Shown here: piece after piece, positions 14,318 to 28,506 of the stretch
How positions within the stretch are numbered: position 1 is the first letter of the stretch
Layout of the letters: each line of letters opens with the position of its first letter
Source: Eledone cirrhosa
Lineage: Eukaryota
DNA: 64,000 bases
Direction of reading: 5' to 3'
Assembly (NCBI GenBank): GCA_964016885.1
Contig: OZ024747.1
Coordinates: forward strand, 2,914,001-2,978,000
Notes under the pieces: generated by a model
Database searches by the model: none
What the model was told of the DNA's origin: nothing
What the model saw: the letters and a program-made list of their open reading frames with translations, nothing else
Made by a program: the position numbers and the translations under genes

Positions 14318-15732
14318 TGGGCTCTTAGAAAACTAGGAGTAGATGAATGGCTTGTGAAAGCTGTACAAGCCATGTATAGGGGAGCAGTCAGCAAAGTTAG
14401 GATTAGCAATGAGTATAGCGAGGAATTTAGCGTACAGGTTGGTGTCCACCAGGGCTCTGTTCTTCGCCTTCTCCTGTTCATCATAGTCCTGCAGGCAATA
14501 ACGGAGGAGTTTAAGACCGGATGCCCATGGGAACTCCTGTATGCTGATGACCTCGCACTTATAGCTGAATCTATGCTAGGACTAGAGAAAAAATTCCAAA
14601 CTTGGAAGCAGGAACTAGAAAGAAAGGGTCTCAAAGTCAACATGACAAAGACTTGTAAGTAGACGAGAAAACAGAACCCAGATCCCCTCAGGGAAGTGGC
14701 CTTGCTCAGTATGTAGGAAAGGTGTAGGTAGGAACTCCATTCTCTGCCCCAAATGCAAACAATGGGTACATAAGAGATGTAGCGGGATCTCAGGAAGCTT
14801 AATGAAGAATGTAGGCTTCACATGCAGCAGCGGTGCTGGGACAGCAAGCAGCAAACAGCCACAGGAAACAAGTACCACCAATCTCTGGGAGGGCTCTGTA
14901 GAAACAGTAGACAGCTTCTGCTACCTAGGTGACCGAATTAGCAGCGGAGGTGGGTGTTCAGAAAGTACAATAACTAGGGTAAGAACAGGATGGAAGAAGT
15001 TCAGGGAACTACTGCCACTGCTAGCTGCAAAAGGCTTCTCCCTCAAAATGAAAGGTAGACTGTATGATGCGTGTATCCGAACACCAATGTTACATGGTAG
15101 TGAGACCTGGGCGCTGAAGGTGGAAGAATTAGAAAGAAACGAAGCCTCCATGCTCCGATGGATGTGTAATAGTAATATACACGAACGGCAAAGCATAAAG
15201 GAATTGAGAGAGATACTGAGCATAAGAGGAATCAAATGCTGTGTGCAGGAGAGGCGGTTGCGCTGGTATGGACATGTGATGCGTATGAAGGATGACAGCT
15301 GCATAAAAAGGTGCAGAGCACTAGAAGTTGATGGAAACCGCAGAGTGGGGAGACCCAAGAAGACCTGGGATGAGGTGATAAAAGCCGACCTTACCCAATT
15401 ACACCTCTCAAAGGCGATGACACACCACTCTGACCTCTGGCATTACGCAGTAATACAAAGTACCCGACCTCCCATGGGTACAAGCTGAAGCATATAGACA
15501 ATATGCCCCCACACCCTCCCACTGCAAGGTGGTCGTGGAGGTGCCACGGCAAACAAGCACCCAGCCCACACTGTAAAGTGGACGTGTAGGCGCCACGGAA
15601 AAAAGCACCCAGCACTCACTGTAAATGAGGTTGGTGTTAGGAAGGGCGTCCAGCTGTAGAAATCAAGCCCGAATCAGTTCCCGTCCCACCCTTGCAAGCA
15701 GGGAAAAGCGGACGTAAAATGAAATGAAATGA

Positions 15733-15738
<6 letters not shown>
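14315..15738 (+). mobile_element. 5'-truncated RTE-clade LINE (RT pseudogene) inserted in (TA)n
   Basis: GVHQGSVL, YADDL, FCYLG, RRLRWYGHVMR, GRPKKTW; 8-nt deletion near 14650 relative to the copy at 41587 causes a frameshift; 3' UTR subrepeats and ATGA-type tail. Confidence 0.95.
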
Positions 15739-15770
<32 letters not shown>

Positions 15771-16059
15771 TCATCATCATCATCATTTAACATCCATCTT
15801 CCACACATGGGTTAGACGGATCTATATATCCATATCCATGCTGTACTGAACATCAATCTGTCCTCAAATAGTTTCAGTAACAGGAGATGGCCACTCTCTC
15901 GCTCAGCCATTCTCAGTGTAGGATAAATAAAACATTGAAATTATTCAGCCTTCTGTTTTTCTATCAGCATATACAATCAGTGATGCCATAATTTCTCTCC
16001 ATTAAAAAGAAATTCACTGATAGAAAGCTATTCACAGATTTATTATTTATTAATCAGAG

Positions 16060-16335
16060 GAAGGAAGTGAATTGACAGAATGTTTAGAATCTCAGATAGA
16101 ATGCTTTGCAGTATTCATCCCAGTTGTCTGTGCTTTGAGCTCAAATCCTACCAAGGTCAACTTTGTCTTTTATCCTTTCATGGTTGATAAAAAAATGTAC
16201 CAGTCTAGTATCGGGATCAATTCTTCTTCTATATCTATTTTTGATTTCATCTCTTTCTCGCATGCCCTCTCTCCTTCTTTGGAAGAAATCTGCTATTTTC
16301 AGTGCTAAAGGAAGGATGAGTTCTACCAGGTTTAA
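16060..16335 (+). mobile_element. SINE family C (family A-like head and core, different tail); other copies 40650-40925 (+) and 59625-59905 (-)
   Basis: Shared CT-rich tail followed by TGGAAGAAA.CTGCT in all three copies. Confidence 0.75.
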
Positions 16336-16987
16336 AATACCCTGTATATACATACATTAATCGAATGAGGAGCAGTATTTCTGGCAGTTTGTAGAGCTTC
16401 GTAGACTGGTGAGATGAGTGTGGTTTATGTTCCATCACTTGGATGTCTACTGTAAAGTGTGAATTGGAGAATATTGTGGAAAGTTGCAGCTTTGTAATTG
16501 GGATTTGCACTTAATGAGATAAAAGGGCTCAGCCTCAGTAAGATGATGGTTTCTGATTTAGATATATATATATAGGCACAGGCGTTACTGTGAGGTTAAC
16601 AAGTTTTCTTCATAGCTACATAGTTTTCTGTTCTATCCAACTGTATTGTGTGTATGTGTGTGTGTATATCTGTATGGCTGTGTGTGTATATGTCCAATGC
16701 ATGGATCTGTGTGGTTTAACATATGCTTGTATGTCTACAACTTATTACAAGCTAAACCTTTAGAATATTTTACATATGTCCAATTCAATTAATAGTTTAT
16801 ATCTCTAATTTTTTAATTTGACATATTCCTTCCTGTTTGTGAAGCCTAACATCTCAAGATTATTTCTGAGGAGGTTACAAAAATATAATCTTAACCCAAT
16901 AATTATAGGTATAGACCTAAAGCTAGTCTGGACACAGCACATACATACATCATATATTTGTGTGTGTATCAGTGTGTGCTTGCAAGC

Positions 16988-17028
<41 letters not shown>

Positions 17029-17267
17029 TCCTATACGAGTGAGACATGGTCACCCCATCAGTCTTGCCTCAAGTGGGACAACTCCCGTCTAACCCATGCT
17101 AGCATGGAAAGTGGATGTTAAACGATGATGATGATGATAAGTATATATATATATATATATAGTAATAATAATAATATTTATACTTATATATATTTAATAT
17201 ACAATTATAAATATGGAGGGTAGTTTTATATATATATATATATAAAACTACCCTCCATATTTATAAT

Positions 17268-17301
<34 letters not shown>

Positions 17302-17746
17302 ACATATATATATATACACACACATATATATATACACACACATACATATATATATGGATGTATACTCATACACCCATACAATCAATTCATTTCAAAATAT
17401 AATACAATGATTTTGTTTTCATTATGAATTTGTTTTGGAACCCACCTTACAAATTATAGTCTAGACAGATGAGAGTTAGAAAAAGTCTTCTTGATATGTC
17501 TTCCAAATATGATTATTATATTCTATCATATTTCTAAACCATCAGCATGATAATTAACAATGTTTTATTGCTTGTTTATGGAAGTTAATTATCTACAAAT
17601 TACTTTTTATTGAAGTTTATCTATTATAACCTGCCATGTAATAATATTTCCTTTTCAACTTCAAAATAAATATTGTATATCGAATAGGTCATTTCAGAAT
17701 CAATAAATCACTAGTGCTATATCACCACTGCCATTACCACTACCAC

Positions 17747-19404
17747 AAGGGTACCACTATCACAAGGGTACCAGTATCACAAGTTACCACTATCACAAGG
17801 TACCACTATCACAAGGTACCACTATCACAAGGTACCACTATCACAAGGTACCACTATCACAAGGGTACCACTATCACAAGTTACCACTATCACAAGGGTA
17901 CCAGTATCACAAGATACCACTATCACAAGGTACCACTATCACAAGGGTACCACTATCACAAGTTACCACTATCACAAGGGTACCACTATCACAAGGGTAC
18001 CACTATCACAAGGTACCACTATCACAAGGTACCACTATCACAAGGTACCACTATTACAAGGTACCACTATCACAAGGTACCACTACCACAAGATACCACT
18101 ATCACAAGGTACCACTATCACAAGGTACCACTATCACAAGGTACCACTATCACAAGGTACCACTATCACAAGGTACCACTATCACAAGGTACCACTATTA
18201 CAAGGTACCACTACCACAAGGTACCACTATCACAAGGTACCACTATCACAAGGTACCACTATCCCAAGGTACCACTATCACAAGGTACCACTATCACAAG
18301 GTACCACTATCACAAGGTACCACTATCACAAGGTACCACTATTACAAGGTACCACTATCACAAGGTACCACTATTACAAGGTACCACTATCACAAGGTAC
18401 CACTATTACAAGGTACCACTACCACAAGGTACCACTATCACAAGGTACCACTATCACAAGGTACCACTATCACAAGGTACCACTATCACAAGGTACCACT
18501 ACCACAAGGTACCACTATCACAAGGTACCACTATCACAAGGTACCACTATTACAAGGTACCACTACCACAAGGTACCACTATCACAAGGTACCACTATCA
18601 CAAGGTACCACTATCACAAGGTACCACTATCACAAGGTACCACTACCACAAGGTACCACTATCACAAGGTACCACTATCACAAGGTACCACTATTACAAG
18701 GTACCACTACCACAAGGTACCACTATCACAAGGTACCACTATCACAAGGTACCACTATCACAAGGTACCACTATCACAAGGTACCACTATTACAAGGTAC
18801 CACTACCACAAGGTACCACTATCACAAGGTACCACTATTACAAGGTACCACTATCACAAGGTACCACTATCACAAGGTACCACTATCACAAGATACCACT
18901 ATCACAAGGTACCACTATCACAAGATACCACTATCACAAGGTACCACTATCACAAGGGTACCACTACCACAAGATACCACTATCACAAGGTACCACTATT
19001 ACAAGGTACCACTACCACAAGGTACCACTATCACAAGGTACCACTACCACAAGATACCACTACCACAAGGTACCACTATCACAAGGTACCACTACCACAA
19101 GATACCACTATCACAAGGTACCACTATCACAAGATACCACTATCACAAGGTACCACTATCACAAGGTACCACTATCACAAGGTACCACTATCACAAGATA
19201 CCACTATCACAAGGTACCACTATCACAAAGGTACCACTATCACAAAGGTACCACTATCACAAGGGTACCACTATCACAAGGTACCACTATCACAAGGGTA
19301 CCACTATCACAAGGTACCACTATCACAAAGGTACCACTATCACAAAGGTACCACTATCACAAGGGTACCACTATCACAAGGTACCACTATCACAAGGTAC
19401 CACT
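17747..19404. repeat. Minisatellite, 16-bp unit GGTACCACTATCACAA (about 100 copies)
   Basis: Directly visible; the 16-aa periodic ORF equals 3 units; 17-bp variants occur mainly at both ends. Confidence 0.97.
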
Positions 19405-20194
19405 CTTCCTTGTCTTTTTTTGGACAACTGCTTCTGTTTAGAAAACTAAATTTCCTCATCTTAACTCTCCACCATAAAGTCAATAAAATGATAGATTGGA
19501 CCAAAGATGTAATTATACAAAAGTATCTCTGAGGATGGCCTGAAAGATTCATATGCTGACTAAGATACTCTCATGGAGTGACCAAATGGGGTTTATTTTT
19601 CAACATAGTCCCTAGAAAGAAACAATGCAAAGAGTTGAAATTAATGCATGCAATATTTCACAGCTCTATCATCAATCCATCATAGTAAGAGTTTTTCAGC
19701 CAACCATCCTGTATATATATATATATAGATAAATCTACCAAAATATACGGTAGTGTCCAATCTGTATGAAGAACTCAATGTAATCCAAATATCATGAAAA
19801 GAAAAGATGTATTCAAAAATTTTTTCGATGAAAATCACAGGAAAACAGAGTCAAGATAAATTAATAAAAACAATGAATAAAAACAAAGAAACAGTTCCTT
19901 ATATTAAAAAATTCATCGATTTTACGATCGTTTCTAGGATATATATGTGTGTTGGTATGTATATCATATAGATCTATGTAAAAATTTTACAAACTTAAGT
20001 TTTAAATTTTTTACACTGAAGGTAAACATTGATGCAATTCAGTTCAAGCACTCAATGTACTTTCACATAGGAATGACGGAGTATATTTAGAATAAGAAAA
20101 TGCGAAGTAGTTTCAGATGTTAAAGTCCTTTATCATTAAAGGACTTTAACATCTGAAACTACTTCGCATTTTCTTATTCTATATATATATATAT

Positions 20195-20388
20195 ACTATA
20201 GTATTTTTGCGGTAAAGGCTTTATCTTACATAATATCTCGCATAATATTGAATCTGTGTGATTTTGATATTATTTATTTGAGAACAATACCTTAATATAA
20301 GTATGAGTGGCTTGTTACAGCTGGTTTGAACAGAAAGTGGTGAAAGAATTCTGGCCAGACATGGCCGGTTTAAATGCTAAAGGGTTAA
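20195..20388 (-). mobile_element. piggyBac-like MITE, partial
   Basis: Reverse complement of 56827-57054; one end AAAGGG-TTAA, the other lost at a (TA)n/palindrome. Confidence 0.7.
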
Positions 20389-23300
20389 AAATGGTTACAT
20401 TAGATCTCAGGATGCTGAGTCATACAAAGGAGATGACAAATGAAAGAGACAATATGAAAGGTGCTGTGTTAGGATGGACTCAGCTAACACATGTAAACAT
20501 AGACAAATAGTAATGATGATGATACAATAAATAACAGCCTTGTACTGGGGTTAATCAAATTGACCATACTCCTCTCCAATAAAATGTTGGCCTTGTTCCA
20601 ATATAAGAAATTAATACTGAACTTGCTTTTCATCCTATTAATATATGTACAATGTAATTTATAATCCTACTTTAGCTAAGACAACTGACTGTGTATAGTG
20701 ATGCTATAGTAAATAACATTTCTGGAAATTTCTGTGCAATTAGTTTCTAATAAGATTTTAAACAACTCATTAGTTATAGAAGCATTGAATTTACACATAC
20801 ATGTTATATTTTCTTCTTGAGATTAGTTTTGTTTTTTTACTTTGATTTTGTTGTTGTTTTGTTTTTCCCCCTTCTTCCCCCTGCGAATACAAAAATATAA
20901 ACTCAATTGACAGTTATTCTGATTGCAATGATAATAATGCCAAAAGCAGGAAAGACAAAAATATTAATAATAATAAGGAAATTATTGTGTGCAGTGTAGA
21001 TTACTTAATGGAAAATGATAAAAACAAATATATTGAACACATATATAAATAGTGATTACATTAGAAACGTTAAAAGTGTAAATAATAATATTCTTTGAAC
21101 CCTTATTGTCATCGTTTGCCAGTATGACCTACCATTAATAGAAGTCTTTGGTTAAAACAAACAACTATATTCTAAACTATTCTTGCTGAGTGGCAACTGA
21201 TAACACCTCCTGTCTTATTATTCTCCAAGATACTACTATCTTTTCATAGAAATACAAAGACAACACAAATCATCAAATGAGAATGATCTCAATCTCTATC
21301 ATTAACTCTATTATACAAATCACATTGTAATCTCTAGTTTCTGAAATAAATGTTCTTTTAGAAGTTTATTTCAATTTTTATCAACTATCCAAACCTTATT
21401 TTGTTTTTCTTTTTTGTTTATGATCCCATTTATGTTGTTAATCTGGTAACAGTGTAGAACCTCTAAGCATCTGTCAATAGCACCCATCGAATGTTAAAAA
21501 CATAAACCTACTGTTCTAGGCATTTTCTTGCAGTTTTAAACAAACAAGGAATTTGATATTCTTTCAGCAATATAGTGAATTAAAACTAATTTTTTTTGTA
21601 AAAGCGACAGAGAAGCATTTATTTTATTTCTGATATTAATGTTTGTGAGATCAATATCAACAGATTGTGTCATGAAATATCAATGTCTTCATAATTACGT
21701 ACTTAACAAAATGTGGTGTTTATTAGTCACTTTTTTTTCCTCTCCTTTCATACTCGATGTTTTAGTAGTATTTAGTTAATTTGAAACATTTCACAGAACT
21801 ATCTATGACTGCAAGAATAACAGCATTTACAGAAATATCACATGAGTGCTCCTTGGAAAATATTCAGCAGAATATCTTTTAACCAGCAATGATATTTCTA
21901 CTCACTTCAGCTTATTTTTTATATATACCTAAGGGAATGAAGGGGTTAAGTGGAATCCCAGGCAAAAGGAACTATGTGCTCAAGAGACAACTTTTCTTAA
22001 GAACCAGAGAGGATGAGAGGGAGGTCTTCTCTCTCACTCTTGCCAGTAAAATAAATAAATAAGAGTATAAAGAATGTTATTTCCAGAGGAAGCTATTCAT
22101 TATAGAACAATGGTGATTTATAACTGCGTTTCTTAAGAACAAGAAAAGCTACAGAGTCTTTTTAATGGCAAGCAGGTTTGGCCATCCTTGAAAAAGAATT
22201 TTTCTTATTGTGGATATTACATTTTCATGGATAATCTAGAACTAGCTGGGAAAATGTGCCTGAATCCATTAAACTAGGGTAGAAAAGTTAGTAACAGTCT
22301 GCTGAACTGGCAAGATGTAGAACCTTCATATACTATATCATCATCATCATCGTTTTTACATCCACTTTTCCATGCTTGCATGGGTTATATGTGTATGTGT
22401 GTGTATATATATGAGTGTATCCCTAAATGAGACCACCCTGCTTGTTGTCTACCTCTTGCTCTCCTGCCAGTTGGCTTTGACCATAAACTATGTCTAGTCA
22501 TTCTTTCCTTAGACATTCGAACCACATATCTATAATATTGTAGCTGTAATCGATGGCTCATCAGGCATCTGTTGTTCACTCATTATACTAGACATCATTA
22601 TCGTTTTATATACATTGTTCAATGGATTGGACAGGTCATTTTCAGTACAGCATCTCTTCACTCATCACTTTCTTTTGCCATCTTCTCTGTGAGCTTCAGC
22701 AATTTGCAACCAGCTCTCACCACCTCTGCCCTGGTCTTCCTTGATTTTCCTCTACTGCTTCTTTCCTAAACTGGGATTTCTTGGCACTTCATCTAATTAG
22801 TTATTCACACAACAGCAACTTTCTGTAACTCTTTCTATCCCTTTATTTTCCATTCATGGGAATCATCTGTCGAATCACCTGAATCATGTTGAACAGGAAT
22901 CACATCATTTCTACCAGTCTAGAAACACCTACAAAATGTACCCATCACCTCAGACCAAACACTTACAAAAATAAAAGTGTACATATAAATGTTTAATGCA
23001 TTGCTAATGGAACTCTGCTTTCTTGAGAAATTCTGAAGATGACAAGCTGGTTAGCTGCAAAGGCAGTCAGTCCATGTCTGTGTGTCTTATTGCCATGACC
23101 AAGGATAGCATGTTATCAGAATGGGATATTTCCAAGCTAACAAAGGAGCCTGTACACGATCGTTGTATTTGCTAGAAATGGCAGTCAAATCTCCCTTAAA
23201 TTATACTATACCATTTTGAAAAGTGAGGGACACATTAACTAATGTAATCCAAAATATACACTGTTGCAGAGAAAGGCATAGGGCAAGTTCCTGGCTGGAC

Positions 23301-25216
23301 AACCTTTGATTATAAATATATTCAATTAGGACTGATCTGGGGCTAAACAACAACTAGTGTCCAATCAGGCTGTGCAAGTGTATCTCAGAATAGCATGTTT
23401 GTTTCATTATCACATAACTCACATTTCCAGTCTCTGGATTGCTTCTATTTCTTTCATGTCTATAGAAAATAGTATTTTATTCTTGGTACTAGCTCTAACT
23501 AATTTTCAGTAACCAATTTATCTTAATGAGGTACAGTTGTAATTCTAATGTAGTACAGGCATAGCAGTTTGGTTAAGAAGTCCACTTTGGTTTCGGGTTC
23601 TATTTCACTGTATGACATCTGGAGCAAATGTATTTCACTATATCTTTATACTAGAAAATACCTTATGAGTAAACTTAATAGAGGGAAACTTTACAAACTC
23701 TATAATATATAGGATGTATGTGTGTATTTGTCTTGGTATCTTCACTTCCCATTTCACACCATTACCACTAGTGGTGACAATTGTTTATATCCTGCATAAA
23801 CAAAACTCCTTCAGCTCAGCGGGGTTTATATGCAAAGATCAGTATCATAAAAGACGAGTAATGGGTTGGTGTCAGAAAGAACATTTGTTTATTATCTCCG
23901 ACTGGAAAAAGGCTGTCAAAACGATGATGATGATCATGCGGGGGAGGGAGGGAGGGAGGATGAAACAATTGTGGTAAAGTTGCCGTGAGATCAAGGTATT
24001 TTGTCGACATGAGATTTTAATAATTGATTCCCAATCGTCCCGTAAAATAAATAAATGTTTAATATTTCTTAGGTCACTCACTTTTCTAGATAATTACCAA
24101 CATAGTTAGTGTGTTCTTCTTAGTAATGAATTAAATTCATAATATAAATCTAATTCACATATGGTGTTACTTATATTGATCTATTTTTGTCTATTTGGGT
24201 ATTTTCTATATTGCCTATTCTGCATTCTCCTAAATATTTATGAATGTTTTCATCTAACTTTGTTTTTCTCGATGCTGCCTTTTCTCAATACTAACTTCCT
24301 TTTCTACAAATAGATTTAGCACAATTCTAACTCCCAAGTCTCCATAAATGACTTTCCTGAATCTTTGTCCTTCGTTGTCATCCTTTGCATATTCCAGCCA
24401 TCCACAAGCAATGATCTATGTGCTTCCAATAGTAATATACTTTCATCTTGTTCATGTATGTGAATGTTGGGGAAAAAAATATGAAGACATAGTTAATAAG
24501 TTCGGAAAATTCCATTCCTTATTGGGAAAGATATCATTGTTTGTGCTGACATAGTTGATAGAAACACTCAATATTGGAACAGTAATATTTATATGGGGTA
24601 TCTTGAATATTCTGAAATGGAATGCTGTCAACTACTTATAATACTCTATTCACATACTGCTCAGGTTTGGAAATGTTCTATTATCTTCCAACACTGTTCT
24701 GTTAAGAGATATATTTTACATCCAAAACCTACATGTAATATTCAAATATATTTTTGTCTTGCAGATACATAGAAAATTTGTCTGAGAATATAAATGTTAG
24801 TGTTTTAATGTTGTTCTTTAGTAATTAATTAAAGAACTGTTTTGAGGATTAGCAGTATCAGTATTTTTAGAGATTATACTATTCCTATTGTAGAACCTCC
24901 TGCAGTTGCTGTTTCTTAAAACTTGTTTATTATATCTAAGGCTAGCTAAATATTTCACTGAGTAGTTTCATACAAAAGATATTCTTCTTCCGAGTATTTA
25001 TCTGTTTATTTGTTTCACTTCTTTATCTGTTTTAATCTTTCATGCCAGTACTTACCATATTTTGCTTTTCTTTAGATTTGTTTTCAATATATGCTTGAGG
25101 TCTGGTTTTAATTGATGGTTCTCTTCCATTTGGCTCTTCCAAATATTCATTTACTTTTAATTCTATATGTGTTTCTTTATAACAATTGTTGCACCTTTTC
25201 TATCAGTATTATAATT

Positions 25217-25400
25217 TGGCAGTATTGGTAGAGGGTTGGACAACATGCTTTGATGCATAGAGTTACAGCCCTTGCCATTCTGAGTTCAAATCCTGCCGAG
25301 GTTAAATTTGCCTTTCATCCTTACGGAGTCGATAAAATGAAGTACCAGTAATGCACTGGGATAATTGCTGGCCTTGTGCCAAAAGTAGAAACAATTATTA
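25217..25400 (+). mobile_element. SINE family A
   Basis: Head, core and tail match 346-532. Confidence 0.88.
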
Positions 25401-26739
25401 TGAATTCTGTTTCCAGAATATTACCACTACACAAACTTTTCTTTCATTTTAAAGCAGGCAACAAATATTACTTACTGTCCTTCATACTGCTACTTGAGGG
25501 AGTTTTGCTTTTGCTTATGTTATCAGATCAGTTTATATTCTCAATTTCTGTAGCAGCGCTTTGTTTAATTCCCTAAATTAATTAATGAAATACATTTTTC
25601 ACAATCCTCCAGACCTACCAAATAAATATATTTATTCTGTCAATATATTTTGTTTTTTTTATTGCTTATCTTTAGGTCAGAACTGATTCAGGAGATCATT
25701 GATCAAAGATATCCCTGCCATCAATATTTCATTGTTCAATATATCATTTATTTTTCAAGATAGTAGACTATAGTTTGACAGGGATTTTGCTGCTATTTCT
25801 ACCATACTGGGTAACCATGTAGGGTGGAGAGGAGGAACACTCATCTACAGGTAAAATTTGAAACCACCCACAGATGTAGCCATATGCAAAAAATATTTAA
25901 ACTCTGTAACTAAAACTGTAGTTTAATATAAATTACATATTTCTGCACAAAGTCTGTTGGTTGAAAAGGTATATAAAAAAATATGTACTTGGTGGGGTTC
26001 AAATGCTAATCCCCTTTGAAGTGGGTTCCTTGTGCTTCCACACACGTAGCTTCATAATCCTCTCACTGTTTGAAGTACATATGGAATGCTTCTTCTGGAA
26101 GGGCTCTCAGTTCCACTTTTGCAGTCCACATTATTTTCTCCCAGTTCTCAAATATGCCACAATGAGCTGTATATGGAAAGTTGTGAATCTAGCAAATGAT
26201 TTTTTGGTCAAGAGATGCAGCTTCACAGGTTTTTATGCCCTTGAAATTCTATCCTGTTACTGTAAATCTCCATACCCCTAATGTAAAGGCTGATTCATTG
26301 ATTCCCCTGTCAATATATGTAGACAGATAACTATTTTTAAAGTAAAAGCATACTGGAAATGTTGAGAACAATGAACAATATTTCAATAAAAACAGTCTAT
26401 GAAATGATTTATTGATATATGACAGAAAAAAAAGTAATTTCTTTAAAAAGCAATGCAGAAAGACATGTAATTAAAAATAAGGTTTTAGTAATATAAGAGC
26501 TATAACTTGTGTCACATTGAGAGAAAATTGCAAGCAGTATATAAGATGAAAGAAGAAATGAGATTGTTTTAATGTCAAAGAAATCATAAAATGTATATAT
26601 ACTTGTTTGATGGTGCATTGCTAGATACATAAAATAAAATAAAACGAAATGAAATAAAATAGATACTGTATCTTGGGTCCCTAGCCCACAATTTCTTGAC
26701 ATTAAAGGGAAAATCATTTCTCTCTCACTCTGTAATTTC

Positions 26740-27030
26740 CCTTTGCCTTTCATCCTTACGGGGTCGATAAAATAAAGTACCAATAATACACTGGGTACTT
26801 GCTGGCCTTGTGCCAAAAGTAGAAACAATTATTAAGTGAAATGGATTGGCAGTATCAGGAGAGGGTCGGACACCATGCTTTGCAGCAGAGAGTAACGACC
26901 CTTTATGATCTGAGTTCAAATCCCGCTGAAGTTAACTTTGCCTTTCATCCTTACGGGGTCGATAAAATAAAGTACCAGTAATACACTGGGCTAATTGTTG
27001 GCTTTGTGCCTAAAGTAGAAAGAATTATTA
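26740..27030 (+). mobile_element. Tandem SINE family A (3' half followed by a full copy)
   Basis: Core GCCTTTCATCCTTACGGGGTCGATAAAATAAAGTACC occurs twice; both copies end ATT(ATT)AAGTGAAA. Confidence 0.85.
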
Positions 27031-27632
27031 AGTGAAAATTCACCTTATGGTCCTAGCCAACAGGACAGATAAGACATTGCCCCAGAGGACAGTGAGGGAG
27101 ACATACGGGAACAGCCACTTCATCTTGCAGGGCTCACCAGCAACAATAGATAGAAATGTTAAATACCTTTCTATTTATTCTGGCTTACTTCTCTCTGACT
27201 TAAATCTTCATTGGTGTCAAGCAAGAAGCATTGGGAATGTTTGAAATTTGAAATCCATGCATAGCAATGCAAATAACCTTAATAATAGTTAATCAGTTGA
27301 GAAAATTGGGCAAAGCACCTAGGGAGAGGGAAAGAAGGGAACAGAGATACTTGCAAGGAATTGAATCTTTCATCTGCTACAAGCTTAAACTATTAAAAAA
27401 ACAACAAAATTAGTGGTCAGTGGCTCATTAGTGTAGTGGTTATAGTAGATACTCTCTCAGTATCCAAGAAATGTGTGTGGGGGCAGGAGTGCAATTTTAT
27501 TGCAGGCACATCTGTCTACTTTTTCCTTCTCCAAGGGTCCTTTGCCTGATTTTCTCAACTATTATTGATAGGGATCAACTATTAATATGGTCATTTGCAA
27601 ACATTTCAAATTTAAATCTTTTCAAATGCTTC

Positions 27633-27860
27633 TTAACCCTTTAAAGTTCAAACCGGCCAACACCGGCCAGAATTCTCTGCCTCTTTCTGTTGAAACTGGC
27701 TGTAACTAGTCGCTCAAACTGTTGTTAAGGTATTGTTCTCAAAATAAATACTTTCAAAATCTCATAGATTCGATATTATGTGAGATAATTATGTGAGGTA
27801 AAGCCTTTACCATGAAAATATAATAGTATATATAGAGTAATGTGAATGGTAAAGGGTTAA
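27633..27860 (+). mobile_element. piggyBac-like MITE
   Basis: TTAA-CCCTTTA ... TAAAGGG-TTAA termini; homologous along its length to 56827-57054. Confidence 0.8.
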
Positions 27861-28450
27861 GTGAACCAGTTATATATATACATACACACATATATCATCA
27901 TCATCATTATCATCATCACCATTTTACGTCTGTTCTTCCACGCTAGCATGGGTTAGACTGGTTGTCCTGTTGTAGGCAGTAGCCAGTCGGCTGACCATGT
28001 CTTGCTCATACGGGAACTGATTCTGGCTTGATTTCTACAGCTGGATGCCCTTCCTAACACCAATCTCATTTACCTCGTGGAAGATAGACATTAAACGATG
28101 ATGATGATGCTGATGATGATCACATAAGAAACGGAGAATCAGTGGTGCAACGAATTAAAATGTATTAGACGCATTACAATCGTTTCTCTGGTGACCAGCT
28201 TGAGGCACGATCGATGCAATGATCGAACCTGACTCTGAAATCGCAAGATCCTCAGATACGTCTCGATTCTTCGAAGAATCGAGATGTATTGAGCTGGTTG
28301 CCAGAGAAACGATTGTAATATGTCTAATAAATTTTAATTCGTCGCACCACTGATTCTCCGTTTCTTATGTGATATTATACTCTGCTCTGTAAGAGCATTG
28401 AGTGCTCAAACGGTCTACCGCATACGGACACTTTAAGTATCCCACACCAA

Positions 28451-28506
<56 letters not shown>

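Noticed and set aside
17714-19441. 575-aa repetitive ORF
   Set aside because: Product of a 16-bp unit (not a multiple of 3) cycling through frames; GTG start; no splice or domain evidence.
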